Below are positions 8,717 to 17,765 of a DNA stretch of 64,000 nucleotides, in pieces. Origin of the DNA: a bacterium. GTDB lineage: Bacteria > Patescibacteriota > CPR2 > UBA1875 > CAIMLA01. The position numbers were made by a program, and so were the translations under genes. The stretch is taken from NCBI GenBank assembly GCA_037129835.1, contig JBAXUE010000001.1:174858-238857 (forward strand). The letters run 5' to 3'. The notes beneath the pieces are model-generated. The model did no database searches. It saw nothing but the letters and a program-made list of their open reading frames with translations, and was not told where the DNA came from. Every line of letters begins with the position of its first letter. The stretch's first letter is position 1.

Positions 8717-9970
8717 ATGAAAATACTTCCAAGGATAAAGAAAAAAGAACCAAGGGTGCCACATTATGTGTCACTTGATATTGGTACAGAGTTTGTAAAG
8801 GCTTTGATTTTTCGTATTGATGAAGGTAGGGGCATAATTGTTGGTACTGGCCGTCAGCGTCAAAGGCTTGGCGATATGCACGGTGGTACGGTTACGGATA
8901 TTGCCGGAGTTGTTGAAAATTGTTCTAAGGCGCTTGATAAAGCTGAGGAAATGGCGGGAGTTGTCGCGGACCAATGTATCATCGGTATCGCCGGCGAGCT
9001 GGTAAAGGGCACAACGACTACAGTTCATTATGAAAGACTAAATTCAACAAAAAAGATAGACCTCGCTGAGCTCAAAAACATCGTAAATAAAGTTCAGTGG
9101 AAGGCATACGATGCCGCTCGTGAGCAGCTGGCTTGGGAAACTGGCCAGGAAGAGCTAGACGTGAAGCTTGTTTCAGCCTCGATTGTAGACGTTAAAATAG
9201 ACGGATATAAAGTTACTAACCCAGTCGGATTTCAGGGTAAGGATGTTTCAATAGGGATATTTAATGCATTTGCACCGATGGTACATCTTGGGGCACTTCA
9301 AACTATCGCCGCCGACCTGGGTCTCGAACTCGTTAGTATCGCTGCTGAGCCATATGCGGTCGCAAGATCTGTTGGAGTAGACGAAGCTGGAGAATTCAGC
9401 GCGATATTTATCGATATTGGCGGTGGTACAAGCGATATCGCGGTTGTACGTAACGGCGGTCTCGAGGGGACAAAAATGTTTGCTATCGGTGGCAGAAGCT
9501 TTACTAAGCGCGTAAGCCAGTCGTTCAATGTACCTTTTGCAAAGGCTGAAGAAATAAAGATTACATACGCAACGGATGGTTTAGAAGAAGACGACGCCGA
9601 TAAAGTAAGAGACGCCCTAGAGCTAGATGCTGAAGTTTGGCTATCTGGCGTAGAACTTTCACTTTCAGAGTTTTCTGATGTTGATTCATTGCCTTCTAGA
9701 ATTTTGCTTTGTGGCGGCGGCTCTGCTCTTCCAGAGATTAAGAAAGCACTTGAGAGTAAGGACTGGTATAAAGACCTGCCTTTTGCCAAGAAGCCGAAGG
9801 TAAGTTTTATTAAGCCAGAAGATGTTGCGAATATGGTAGATGATTCGGATACAATCAAGGATCAGCAGGATATCACCCCAATGGGACTTGCAAGTTTGCT
9901 TGTTGATATGGACATAGAAGATGAAGTAATGCCATCAATATTACAAAAAATAGTAAGATCAATGCAGTAG
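8717..9970 (+). CDS. Actin-like ATPase of the FtsA/PilM family
   Basis: N-terminal phosphate-1 motif VSLDIGTEFVKALIF, IGIAGELVKG, and C-terminal ILLCGGGSALPEIKK, which is the actin-fold adenosine motif. Confidence 0.6.
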   Translation: MKILPRIKKKEPRVPHYVSLDIGTEFVKALIFRIDEGRGIIVGTGRQRQRLGDMHGGTVTDIAGVVENCSKALDKAEEMAGVVADQCIIGIAGELVKGTTTTVHYERLNSTKKIDLAELKNIVNKVQWKAYDAAREQLAWETGQEELDVKLVSASIVDVKIDGYKVTNPVGFQGKDVSIGIFNAFAPMVHLGALQTIAADLGLELVSIAAEPYAVARSVGVDEAGEFSAIFIDIGGGTSDIAVVRNGGLEGTKMFAIGGRSFTKRVSQSFNVPFAKAEEIKITYATDGLEEDDADKVRDALELDAEVWLSGVELSLSEFSDVDSLPSRILLCGGGSALPEIKKALESKDWYKDLPFAKKPKVSFIKPEDVANMVDDSDTIKDQQDITPMGLASLLVDMDIEDEVMPSILQKIVRSMQ

Positions 9971-9985
9971 AGTGAGGGAATAGAA

Positions 9986-11587
9986 GTGGTTACACCAAAA
10001 ACAATTTATTTAGAATCTGACGAAGAGATTACTTCGGTTATAGATAAAATAAGAAAAACGGAGTTTGCAGATATTGTTCTCGTGATACCAAAGGGAGCCA
10101 CTATAACTCAAAGTATTGTAAATTTAAAGTTAATTAAGAAAAAAGCCGAATCTTTAAATAAAAATATTTCTATCGTTACTGGCGACAAAGTAGCAAGAAC
10201 TCTCGCTGAAAAGGTTGGTATTGCTACTGGTGCGACGGTGGGAGCCCTGGGTGCTGAAGTTTTTGAACCAGCTGTTGCTACGGGTTCTGCAAATGACCCA
10301 TTACAAGAAACAAACGAGGTAATTTTTGATAAAGAAGCGATCCCAATCGAATCAGATGATTTGGTAATAACCGAGGGCGAAGATACGGAAGCAGAAGCTG
10401 AAGAGAAAGAAGAACTTCTAGAAAATATTAAAGAAAATGGGAAAAAGACAAAAAAGGATAATTTGATGCCAAGTTTTCCTTGGAAGAAAATTCTTCTTTT
10501 TGGCGGGATTCCGCTTATAGCACTTCTTGTTGCGGCCTACATATATTTACCTCAAGCAAAGGCTAATATTTTTGAAGATGCGGAAAAAACACCCGTCACC
10601 TTAGACATCAGTGGCCAAAAAGGGGTCAAGCTAGATTTAGAAAAATCAGTTATACCAACCCAGGTAATAGAGGTTACTAAAGAGTCGAGCAAAAAATCGC
10701 CTGCTACAGGGAAGAAAGATGTTGGGACAAAAGCTACGGGTGTAATTACTATTGCTAATACCACAGCATCTGATTCATTACCGGTACAGACCTTTTCACC
10801 ATCGAGTAATACTGCGCTCGTCTATACCGCGACTCAAGCAGTTGTTGTTAAGGCTAAAACAGTTGAGAATATAAATGTTACAGCATCTGGAATAGGTGAA
10901 AATTATAACGGATTTACGAGCAGTGAATTTTTCGCAATAAAAGCTCCATCGGTTTCTGGAACATGTAATTCTGGGATGGCTGGAGGTACAACAAAGCAAG
11001 TTACTATAGTTACCCAAGGCGATTTTGACTCGGCAAAAGAAGCCTTAATCAAAACCGCTACAGAAGAAGCGACAACAGATTTTAACGCAAAAGCGAAGGA
11101 TTTAAAACTTATTGAGAGCACCAAAAAGACTGAAACAGTATCCGTAACATCGTCCCCAGAAGTTGGGGCAGAAGGCGAATCTTTCACAGTCATAGCTAAA
11201 ATAAGTGTCAGGGCGCTTGCGATTTCAAACAGCGATTTATCTGCACTTATTAAATATGAAGTAAAAAGACAGCTTGGCGGTACAAAAGAAATCATTGACG
11301 ATGGTTCGGGCGTTGTTAGCTTGTCAGTTGATGCTGCGAACCTAGACGAAGGTACGCTTTCAGGAACAGTCACTACCACTGCCTTTGTTGCGCCGAAGCT
11401 TGATAAAGAAAAAATACAGATAAATCTAGAGGGTCTTAATGACTCTCAAGCCAAGTCATATTTACTCGGATTAGACGGTGTTGGCACCGTCGAGCTAGAA
11501 TATTTCCCTTCATTTATCAAATCTTTCCCAAGAATAAAGGACCATATTTACGTAAATGTCAAAGTCTCAGATAGCTCAAAGGAATAG
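9986..11587 (+). CDS. Bitopic membrane protein: about 160-aa cytoplasmic domain, acidic linker, one TM, Thr/Ser/Val-rich extracytoplasmic domain
   Basis: TM segment ILLFGGIPLIALLVAAYIYL. No recognisable catalytic motif. Gene is directly downstream of the actin-like ATPase. Confidence 0.5.
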   Translation: MVTPKTIYLESDEEITSVIDKIRKTEFADIVLVIPKGATITQSIVNLKLIKKKAESLNKNISIVTGDKVARTLAEKVGIATGATVGALGAEVFEPAVATGSANDPLQETNEVIFDKEAIPIESDDLVITEGEDTEAEAEEKEELLENIKENGKKTKKDNLMPSFPWKKILLFGGIPLIALLVAAYIYLPQAKANIFEDAEKTPVTLDISGQKGVKLDLEKSVIPTQVIEVTKESSKKSPATGKKDVGTKATGVITIANTTASDSLPVQTFSPSSNTALVYTATQAVVVKAKTVENINVTASGIGENYNGFTSSEFFAIKAPSVSGTCNSGMAGGTTKQVTIVTQGDFDSAKEALIKTATEEATTDFNAKAKDLKLIESTKKTETVSVTSSPEVGAEGESFTVIAKISVRALAISNSDLSALIKYEVKRQLGGTKEIIDDGSGVVSLSVDAANLDEGTLSGTVTTTAFVAPKLDKEKIQINLEGLNDSQAKSYLLGLDGVGTVELEYFPSFIKSFPRIKDHIYVNVKVSDSSKE

Positions 11588-11588
11588 C

Positions 11589-11987
11589 TTGAGAGGAAGA
11601 ATACTTGCTATAGACGTTGGTGAAGCTAGAGTTGGATTGGCAATATCTGATGAGCTTCAGATTATTGCATCTCCTTTGGGTTTTGTTAGTCGTGAAGATT
11701 CTTTTCAAGAAATTGATTCTATTATTAAAAAAGAAGGTATAAGTGTTATATTAGTAGGAATGCCACTTCTTGCGAGCGGTGAGATGGGTTCGCAAACAAA
11801 GGATATCCAGAAATTTGCGAAAGAATTAAAGCAAACTACAGATCTGAATATTGATTTCGAAAATGAAATACTTTCTTCGGTTGAGGCAGAGAATAGACTA
11901 AAAGAGATGAAAAAACCTTATCAAAAAGGGGATATAGACGCGATGGCTGCTTGTATTATTTTAGAAACTTATTTAAGAGGGGTATAG
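11589..11987 (+). CDS. ruvX: Putative pre-16S rRNA nuclease / Holliday-junction resolvase-like YqgF
   Basis: ILAIDVGEARVGLAISD motif. The in-frame TTG at 11589 just after the upstream stop is the likely start. The ORF track start at 11556 overlaps the upstream gene. Confidence 0.75.
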   Translation: MRGRILAIDVGEARVGLAISDELQIIASPLGFVSREDSFQEIDSIIKKEGISVILVGMPLLASGEMGSQTKDIQKFAKELKQTTDLNIDFENEILSSVEAENRLKEMKKPYQKGDIDAMAACIILETYLRGV

Positions 11988-11988
11988 A

Positions 11989-13029
11989 TTGAAAAATAGC
12001 TTTATCGACAAGACATTGGTTTATATAAAAGAGAAACTCTGGCCCAAACTACTTTTGGGGCTTATTGCTTTAGTTTTTTTGGTAGCTTTGATTACGTTTT
12101 TTATTTTTAGCAGTTTTATTAATACGGGTAATGGCGGTAAAAATGATACTAACTTTGTAGTAGTTAATGGCCAGGGATTAAAAGTAATATCTACAAATCT
12201 CAAGACCAAAAATATTATCAGTAACGACCTTTTGTTTATGATATATATGAAATATGCAGGCCTATCTGGGAATATTAAAGCAGGAGACTATATTTTATCT
12301 CCATCTATGACTCCGATGCAGATTGCAGATATCCTTTCCCAAGGTAAGGTCGCGAGCAGAACGATAACTATCCCTGAGGGTTGGACCGTGGCGGAGATCG
12401 GCACTTATCTTGAGAAACAAGGGATAGTAAAGAAGTCTGATTTTGTCTTAGCCTCAAATAAAGAATATTCTTATGATTTTCTGTCCAGCAAGCCAGCAGA
12501 TGTTGGTTTAGAGGGCTTTCTTTTTCCAGACACTTATCAGATATCTATTACTGCAGACTCTGAATCTATTATTAAAACAATGTTAGATAATTTTGGGAAA
12601 AAAGTAACTCTTGACATGCGTCTGGCTGCGAAACAAACTGGATTTAGTCTTTACGAGACTATTACTCTCGCTTCTGTCGTTGAAGAAGAAGCTAATAAAC
12701 CAGCAGATCGAAAAATAGTCGCCGGGATATTTATTTCAAGACTCAATGAGGATATGATGCTTCAGTCTGATGTTACAGTAGCTTATGCGCTCGGTGAAGA
12801 CAGAAAAGAGTTAACGGCAGCAGATATTTCCCTAGATTCACCGTATAACACCTATGTTGTAGCGGGTCTTCCTAAAGGTCCAATCAGTAATCCTGGTCTG
12901 GAATCTATAAGCGCAGTTATTTACCCAGAGATAACTGATTTCAGATACTTTATCGCGGCCAATGATCAGATTTACTATGCCAAAAATATCGAAGAACATA
13001 ACGCAAATGTGGCTAAATATCTCAACTAA
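11989..13029 (+). CDS. mltG: Endolytic murein transglycosylase MltG (YceG family)
   Basis: N-terminal TM, IPEGWTVAEIGTYLEKQGIV, and a YceG-like C-terminus. The ruvX-mltG neighbourhood is conserved. Confidence 0.85.
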   Translation: MKNSFIDKTLVYIKEKLWPKLLLGLIALVFLVALITFFIFSSFINTGNGGKNDTNFVVVNGQGLKVISTNLKTKNIISNDLLFMIYMKYAGLSGNIKAGDYILSPSMTPMQIADILSQGKVASRTITIPEGWTVAEIGTYLEKQGIVKKSDFVLASNKEYSYDFLSSKPADVGLEGFLFPDTYQISITADSESIIKTMLDNFGKKVTLDMRLAAKQTGFSLYETITLASVVEEEANKPADRKIVAGIFISRLNEDMMLQSDVTVAYALGEDRKELTAADISLDSPYNTYVVAGLPKGPISNPGLESISAVIYPEITDFRYFIAANDQIYYAKNIEEHNANVAKYLN

Positions 13030-13067
13030 AGTAGTTTATTAATAAAACTATTTTGTGCTCAATGTAC

Positions 13068-13096
13068 TTGACAAAACAAGCCAAATAGCTTAAAAT
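13068..13096 (+). promoter_or_regulatory. Sigma70-like promoter TTGACA-17-TAAAAT
   Basis: Perfect -35 hexamer with 17-nt spacing to the -10, upstream of the LysM/CHAP gene. Confidence 0.45.
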
Positions 13097-13113
13097 TTAT
13101 ACTGTTTTAAGTT

Positions 13114-14382
13114 TTGGAGGTGGGTATTAGTACTCACACAAAAAGACTAATCGGTTGGATAAAAAATATAACCGCCGTATTGGCAAAAATATATAATAAA
13201 ATTAGTCATAAAGACCCAGATGTAAATCTAGGCACCAATAATGATATTGCTGGGAAAAATATAGTAAGCAAGTCTGGTTTTAAAACAGCAAGAAAAAAAT
13301 TAATTGTTTTTTTTCGCAGTCCACTAAGTGATATTTCCCACGTAAGTGTGATTATTGTTATTTGTATTGCCCTAATCACAGGACTTTCTTCAATTGTACC
13401 TACAGGTGGTCAGGTGTCGATCAATCCTTTTCTTACTAAGAAGATTGATTCCGCCGCCAACTATGTTTCTTCTGATGAAAAAAGGATATTTGAGGCGGAC
13501 CTTGTTACTACGCTCGCAAGTATACACAGCGATAAGCTAGGCCAAGATGCCGCGTCCGTGACGGAAAGTCTTTATAAAAAAGAAAATAATACTTCTGCGG
13601 AAGTAACAACAATAGCTAATGTGCCATTATTGGCACCCGCAATTGCTACTAGTAGCCAAGTCGGTCCTACATCTACATACGTCGTTCAAGATGGTGACAC
13701 ACTTTCACAAATTGCCTCGAAGTTTAATATTTCTACTGACACAGTTAGGTACGCGAATCAGCTTGATGATGAAAATAGTATCAAGCCTGGCTCTAGCCTT
13801 ATAATATTGTCAACTAGCGGTATTTTGTATACTGCTGATCCGGGAGATACAATCGCATCAGTTGCAGCAAAATATAATCTCAAAGAAGATGATATTATTG
13901 CGCAAAATAATTTGTATGGTGACGAGCTCACCGTGGGGATGAAAATAGTTTTACCAGATGCAGAAATACCGGCAGCTCCGACTCCTACACCAGATCCACA
14001 AGAAGAATCCTCAGTAGGAAATAATAGTAATAATTATGATCCTGGTATTTCATATGTCAAAACATCAACTGGACCTAACCATTTTCCATATGGTTGGTGT
14101 ACTTGGTGGGTAGCTCAAAAACGATATGTTCCTTGGAGTGGTAATGCTATCGATTGGTATTATAATGCTCAGTCATATGGTAGGCCAGTTGGCAGTACTC
14201 CTGTACCAGGATCCATACTTGTAACAGCAGAAAGTGGTTATGGACATGTGGCTTACGTTGAATCAGTTAATGGCAACGGCTCATTTAATGTTTCGGAAAT
14301 GAATTATCAAGGCTGGGGCATCGCCTCAAATCGTACGATTAGTAGGGGTGACGGAACACCAATAATCGGGTTTATATACTAA
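13114..14382 (+). CDS. Peptidoglycan hydrolase: TM anchor, two LysM domains, C-terminal CHAP domain
   Basis: LysM motifs YVVQDGDTLSQIASKFNIS and YTADPGDTIASVAAKYNL. The CHAP region has a conserved Cys (YGWCTWWVA) and His (GHVAYVESV). The start codon is ambiguous (TTG at 13114 or downstream). Confidence 0.75.
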   Translation: MEVGISTHTKRLIGWIKNITAVLAKIYNKISHKDPDVNLGTNNDIAGKNIVSKSGFKTARKKLIVFFRSPLSDISHVSVIIVICIALITGLSSIVPTGGQVSINPFLTKKIDSAANYVSSDEKRIFEADLVTTLASIHSDKLGQDAASVTESLYKKENNTSAEVTTIANVPLLAPAIATSSQVGPTSTYVVQDGDTLSQIASKFNISTDTVRYANQLDDENSIKPGSSLIILSTSGILYTADPGDTIASVAAKYNLKEDDIIAQNNLYGDELTVGMKIVLPDAEIPAAPTPTPDPQEESSVGNNSNNYDPGISYVKTSTGPNHFPYGWCTWWVAQKRYVPWSGNAIDWYYNAQSYGRPVGSTPVPGSILVTAESGYGHVAYVESVNGNGSFNVSEMNYQGWGIASNRTISRGDGTPIIGFIY

Positions 14383-14454
14383 GAATAAGCAAAGAAGCCG
14401 TGACAATAGGCCTTTCTGGTGCTATAATTATGCTTTGCAAAAAAGGAAAAATAT

Positions 14455-15747
14455 ATGTTTTGTGACAAAGCAGAAATCTCAATTAAGGCCGGTAATGGCG
14501 GCAATGGACACCTGTCTTTTTTGCATGAAAAATATCGGGAATTCGGTGGCCCAGACGGCGGTAACGGCGGAGATGGGGGAGATGTAATTTTTAGAGTTAA
14601 TTCTAGCTGGAATACGCTGTATCATTACAAAACAAATCGTAATCTATCAGCCGAAAACGGCGTAGAAGGGGTTGGTAGAGAGAAGCACGGCAGAAACGGG
14701 AAAGATCTTATTATTGATGTTCCAGTCGGAACTTCAATTTATGATGTAGAAACAGGAAATATTATCGCAGATCTAGAACAAGATGGTTCAGAGGTGGTAA
14801 TTGCTAAGGGCGGCCTGGGTGGTTTCGGTAATGCTCATTTTGCGTCTTCTACAAGACAAACTCCGAGGTTTGCAGAGCTAGGAACTAAAGGTGAAGAAAA
14901 GAGCCTGAGACTTGAGCTCAAGCTGATAGCAGACGTAGCTTTAGTAGGCCTTCCTAATATTGGTAAATCGACACTACTTTCTGTAATTTCGGCTGCAAAG
15001 CCCAAGATAGCTGATTATCAATTTACTACTATTGTTCCAAATCTTGGAGTAGTAGAAAGATTTGGAGTAGATGGGTTTGTTGCACTAGACTTACCCGGTC
15101 TTATCGAGGGAGCCGCTGAGGGCAAAGGTCTTGGTGACGAATTTCTACGTCATATTGAAAGAACTAGAGTCGTAGTTCACATTATTGATGGTATGGGCGA
15201 AAATATCACTGAAGATTATGCCAAAATTAATAAAGAAATATTGGCTTACAATAAAGATATTCTGAAAAAACCACAAATATTGGCAGTTTCCAGAATCGAT
15301 TTATTAAATGAAAAAGAAATAGCCGAGAAGTATGCAGAAACTAAGTTAATTATTGACGCTAATCCCAAGATATTTAAATCCGTAAAAGAGCCATTCATGT
15401 TTTCTGCAGTTACTCATAAGGGTGTTAATGAGCTAGTCTGGGCGATATCAAAAGAACTAAAAAGTGTACCGAAGGCAGTTAGCAAGATTGAACAAAAAGT
15501 TTATACAATCGCCGACGTAGATGATAAATCTGTACCAAAAATTGAAAAAATTGAGAAAGGCTATTCCGTGATTTCAGATAGATTAAATGGCTTTGTGATT
15601 AAAACTGATTTTTCAAATCCTTACGCAGTAGAGAGAATTTACGACATAATGACCAAGATGGGAATAATCAAAAAGATTGGTAAGATGGGTGCCATTTTCG
15701 GAGATAAAATATATTTAGGCGAAAAAACTGTCGATTATAGGGGATAG
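14455..15747 (+). CDS. obg: GTPase Obg/CgtA
   Basis: Gly-rich Obg fold region GGPDGGNGGDGGDVIF, plus GLPNIGKST G1 and DLPGLIEGA G3 motifs. Confidence 0.9.
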   Translation: MFCDKAEISIKAGNGGNGHLSFLHEKYREFGGPDGGNGGDGGDVIFRVNSSWNTLYHYKTNRNLSAENGVEGVGREKHGRNGKDLIIDVPVGTSIYDVETGNIIADLEQDGSEVVIAKGGLGGFGNAHFASSTRQTPRFAELGTKGEEKSLRLELKLIADVALVGLPNIGKSTLLSVISAAKPKIADYQFTTIVPNLGVVERFGVDGFVALDLPGLIEGAAEGKGLGDEFLRHIERTRVVVHIIDGMGENITEDYAKINKEILAYNKDILKKPQILAVSRIDLLNEKEIAEKYAETKLIIDANPKIFKSVKEPFMFSAVTHKGVNELVWAISKELKSVPKAVSKIEQKVYTIADVDDKSVPKIEKIEKGYSVISDRLNGFVIKTDFSNPYAVERIYDIMTKMGIIKKIGKMGAIFGDKIYLGEKTVDYRG

Positions 15748-15835
15748 GGCGTTTTAATAACACCAAAATCTAAATTTATTTATAAAATTGTGCCAAGGCA
15801 CGATTTTTTACTAACTTTTAGTATATAATGGCTAT

Positions 15836-16756
15836 ATGAATATCAAGGAAGCTAGTATTTGGGCTAGAAAAGTCCTGAAAGATAACGAAGTTGACTCGCC
15901 AGAGGCATCTGCGGATTTTTTGCTCAGGCAACTTTTAGCCATTGATAAAGCTCAGATGCTGACTCACCCAGAAGAGAAAATACCCAAGCTACAAGAGCTT
16001 AAGTTTCGCCGCTGGGTAAAGAAAAGATCAAAACACGAACCAGTCTGGTATATTACTGGGAAAATTGAGTTTATGGAGCTAGATCTCGCTGTTAATCAAA
16101 GTGTTCTTATCCCGCGACCTGAAACAGAGTTATTGGTTGAGAAAATACTCGCTCAATACAAAATACAAAATACAAAATACAAAATATTAGATGTCGGTAC
16201 GGGTAGTGGGACTATAATTCTTTCTTTGGCAAAACATCTTCCTTTGTCATCCCTGGTCGCAAACCCAGGGATCTCTAGCGTTCCCTCCGAAGGAGATCCT
16301 CGTGTTCGTAAGGACAACATATGCTTTTTTGCCTCTGATATTTCTTCAACAGCTCTGGATACAGCTAAGAAAAACAAGAAAAATAATAATATTGCTCCAG
16401 AAATCAAGTTTGTGGAAGGGGATTTGTTCGGTCCTTGGGCGGGAGAAAAATTTGATCTTGTCGTTGCAAATCTACCATATGTGCCTCACGAAGACATGGC
16501 TACTCTCGCATTTGATTTAACTCATTATGAGCCAAGAGTCGCCCTGGATGGAGGTATCCTAGGTCTTGAAGTCTATAAAAGATTTATTGAAGAATTGCCA
16601 AATTATTTAAATCCTGGCGCGAAAGTATTTATGGAAATCGGTTATGATCAGGGAAGATATATCGAGGATTTTGTACATAAATATTTGCCGAAAGCAAAAG
16701 TAGAAACACTGGGTGACTACCGCCAAATTGATCGAATAGTTGTCATAGAAACCTAG
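15836..16756 (+). CDS. prmC: Release-factor glutamine methyltransferase PrmC/HemK with an in-frame ~25-aa insertion
   Basis: LDVGTGSGTI SAM motif and the NLPY (NPPY-type) catalytic motif. Extra segment LSSLVANPGISSVPSEGDPRVRKDN lies between the SAM motif and motif II. Confidence 0.85.
   Translation: MNIKEASIWARKVLKDNEVDSPEASADFLLRQLLAIDKAQMLTHPEEKIPKLQELKFRRWVKKRSKHEPVWYITGKIEFMELDLAVNQSVLIPRPETELLVEKILAQYKIQNTKYKILDVGTGSGTIILSLAKHLPLSSLVANPGISSVPSEGDPRVRKDNICFFASDISSTALDTAKKNKKNNNIAPEIKFVEGDLFGPWAGEKFDLVVANLPYVPHEDMATLAFDLTHYEPRVALDGGILGLEVYKRFIEELPNYLNPGAKVFMEIGYDQGRYIEDFVHKYLPKAKVETLGDYRQIDRIVVIET
16156..16183 (+). repeat. Heptanucleotide tandem repeat (ATACAAA)x4 inside the prmC coding sequence
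   Basis: Four perfect 7-nt units, translated as QNTKYKIL. Confidence 0.8.
16242..16318 (+). mobile_element. Internally deleted (~75 bp) copy of the palindromic in-frame insertion element, inside prmC
   Basis: Shares CTTTGTCATCCCTGGT-N5-AACCCAGGGATCTCTAGCG and GATCCTC-N4-TTCGTAAGGA(TG)ACAAC with the mnmA copy, both nearly identical. Lacks the central ~80 bp. Confidence 0.55.
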
Positions 16757-16816
16757 AAAACAAAACATATACGTGCTAAAATCTTTTCGTCATTCTGAAC
16801 TTGTTTCAGAATTCTA

Positions 16817-16892
16817 CGGGCCCTTAGCTCATCTGGTAGAGCGCGTCCATGGCATGGATGAGGTGGCAGGTTCGAGTCCTGTAGGGTCCACC
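16817..16892 (+). tRNA. tRNA-Ala (anticodon GGC), CCA encoded
   Basis: Cloverleaf folds manually. Acceptor GGGCCCT/AGGGTCC contains the G3:U70 Ala identity pair. Anticodon loop is ATGGCAT. Confidence 0.85.
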
Positions 16893-17058
16893 AGATATTC
16901 AGCAGGCCCTATTTTATTAAGATGGTTTGCACCGAGGAGGTAGCAGGTTCCCAGCCCGACAGAGTCATTCTGGCGGGAAGTCGTGCCCGCCCGCCCGTAG
17001 TATGACGAAGGAGGGTTGGGTCCACCATATTGACCCCATATTACTTGGTTGGAACAAA
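16893..17058 (+). other. GC-rich structured non-coding segment downstream of tRNA-Ala. Candidate ncRNA or tRNA-end remnant plus one copy of the intergenic repeat family
   Basis: Hairpin GGCGGG-N8-CCCGCC. GGGTCCACCA at 17018-17027 duplicates the tRNA-Ala 3' end. Positions 17010-17056 resemble the repeats at 19837 and 25425. The 62-aa ORF at 16927..17115 is unlikely to be coding. Confidence 0.3.
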
Positions 17059-17085
17059 GAGGTAGAAATACCTCTTTTTGTGTTA
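17059..17085 (+). terminator. Rho-independent terminator AGAGGTA-gaaa-TACCTCT + TTTTTGTG
   Basis: Perfect 7-bp stem followed by a T-run. Confidence 0.6.
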
Positions 17086-17095
17086 ATATTATCTT

Positions 17096-17740
17096 ATGAG
17101 GGCGTTATTTTCTGAACCAACCGTTAAATTCTGCGAAGAAGCAACCAGGGGTATAATCAAAAGACCTTATTATGCTTTGTCCAATTTTGCATTCTTCATT
17201 TCCGCAATCGCGATTTTCGTCAAGGGGAAGGGTTCAAAACTTTCAAAAATATTTGGCACCACCGCTTTATTAATCGGGTTCTTTTCTTTGGTGTACGATT
17301 CAACCTATATTTATCTTGCCCAGTTGTTTGATATCAGCGGGATGCTTTTATTTGTTAACGTTTTGTTATACCTAAATCTTAAGAATGTATTCAAAGCAAA
17401 AACCCTACTACTTACCCAGTTGCTTTTATTCGTTTTAAATATGATTTTAATTATCACTTTTCAAGGTCACTCGGGTAATATCATATTTGGATTATACATA
17501 ACTGCAGTAGTTGTTTCCGAGGTTTATTTAATAAATAGTAAGATACACACAAATTTATGGAAATGGTTGGTGCCCTTCGGAATTTTTATTATCAGTTTCC
17601 TGATATGGATTTTGGATGCAAGGAAAATATTTTGTTCACCTGTCGGGTTACTCAATGGTAGGGCAATATTTCATTATCTTAACGCGATTGTAATTTACCA
17701 GTTATACAAATTTTACGATTCACAAAAAGAGTTAACCTAA
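17096..17740 (+). CDS. Hypothetical polytopic membrane protein (about 6-7 TM)
   Basis: Hydrophobic periodicity only. No recognisable motif. Confidence 0.45.
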   Translation: MRALFSEPTVKFCEEATRGIIKRPYYALSNFAFFISAIAIFVKGKGSKLSKIFGTTALLIGFFSLVYDSTYIYLAQLFDISGMLLFVNVLLYLNLKNVFKAKTLLLTQLLLFVLNMILIITFQGHSGNIIFGLYITAVVVSEVYLINSKIHTNLWKWLVPFGIFIISFLIWILDARKIFCSPVGLLNGRAIFHYLNAIVIYQLYKFYDSQKELT

Positions 17741-17765
17741 ACAGATCGTTCCCAGTTCTTGCCAT

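Noticed and set aside
11556-11588. ATG 11556 start for ruvX overlapping the upstream gene by 32 nt
   Set aside because: The in-frame TTG at 11589 directly after the upstream stop gives the canonical short N-terminus before the ILAIDVG motif. Uncertain, so noted in the feature.
16927-17115. 62-aa ORF (MHRGGSRFPARQSHSGGKS...) from the six-frame track
   Set aside because: It lies entirely in the GC-rich hairpin-rich segment after tRNA-Ala, has no RBS, and overlaps the start of the downstream membrane gene. More likely non-coding.
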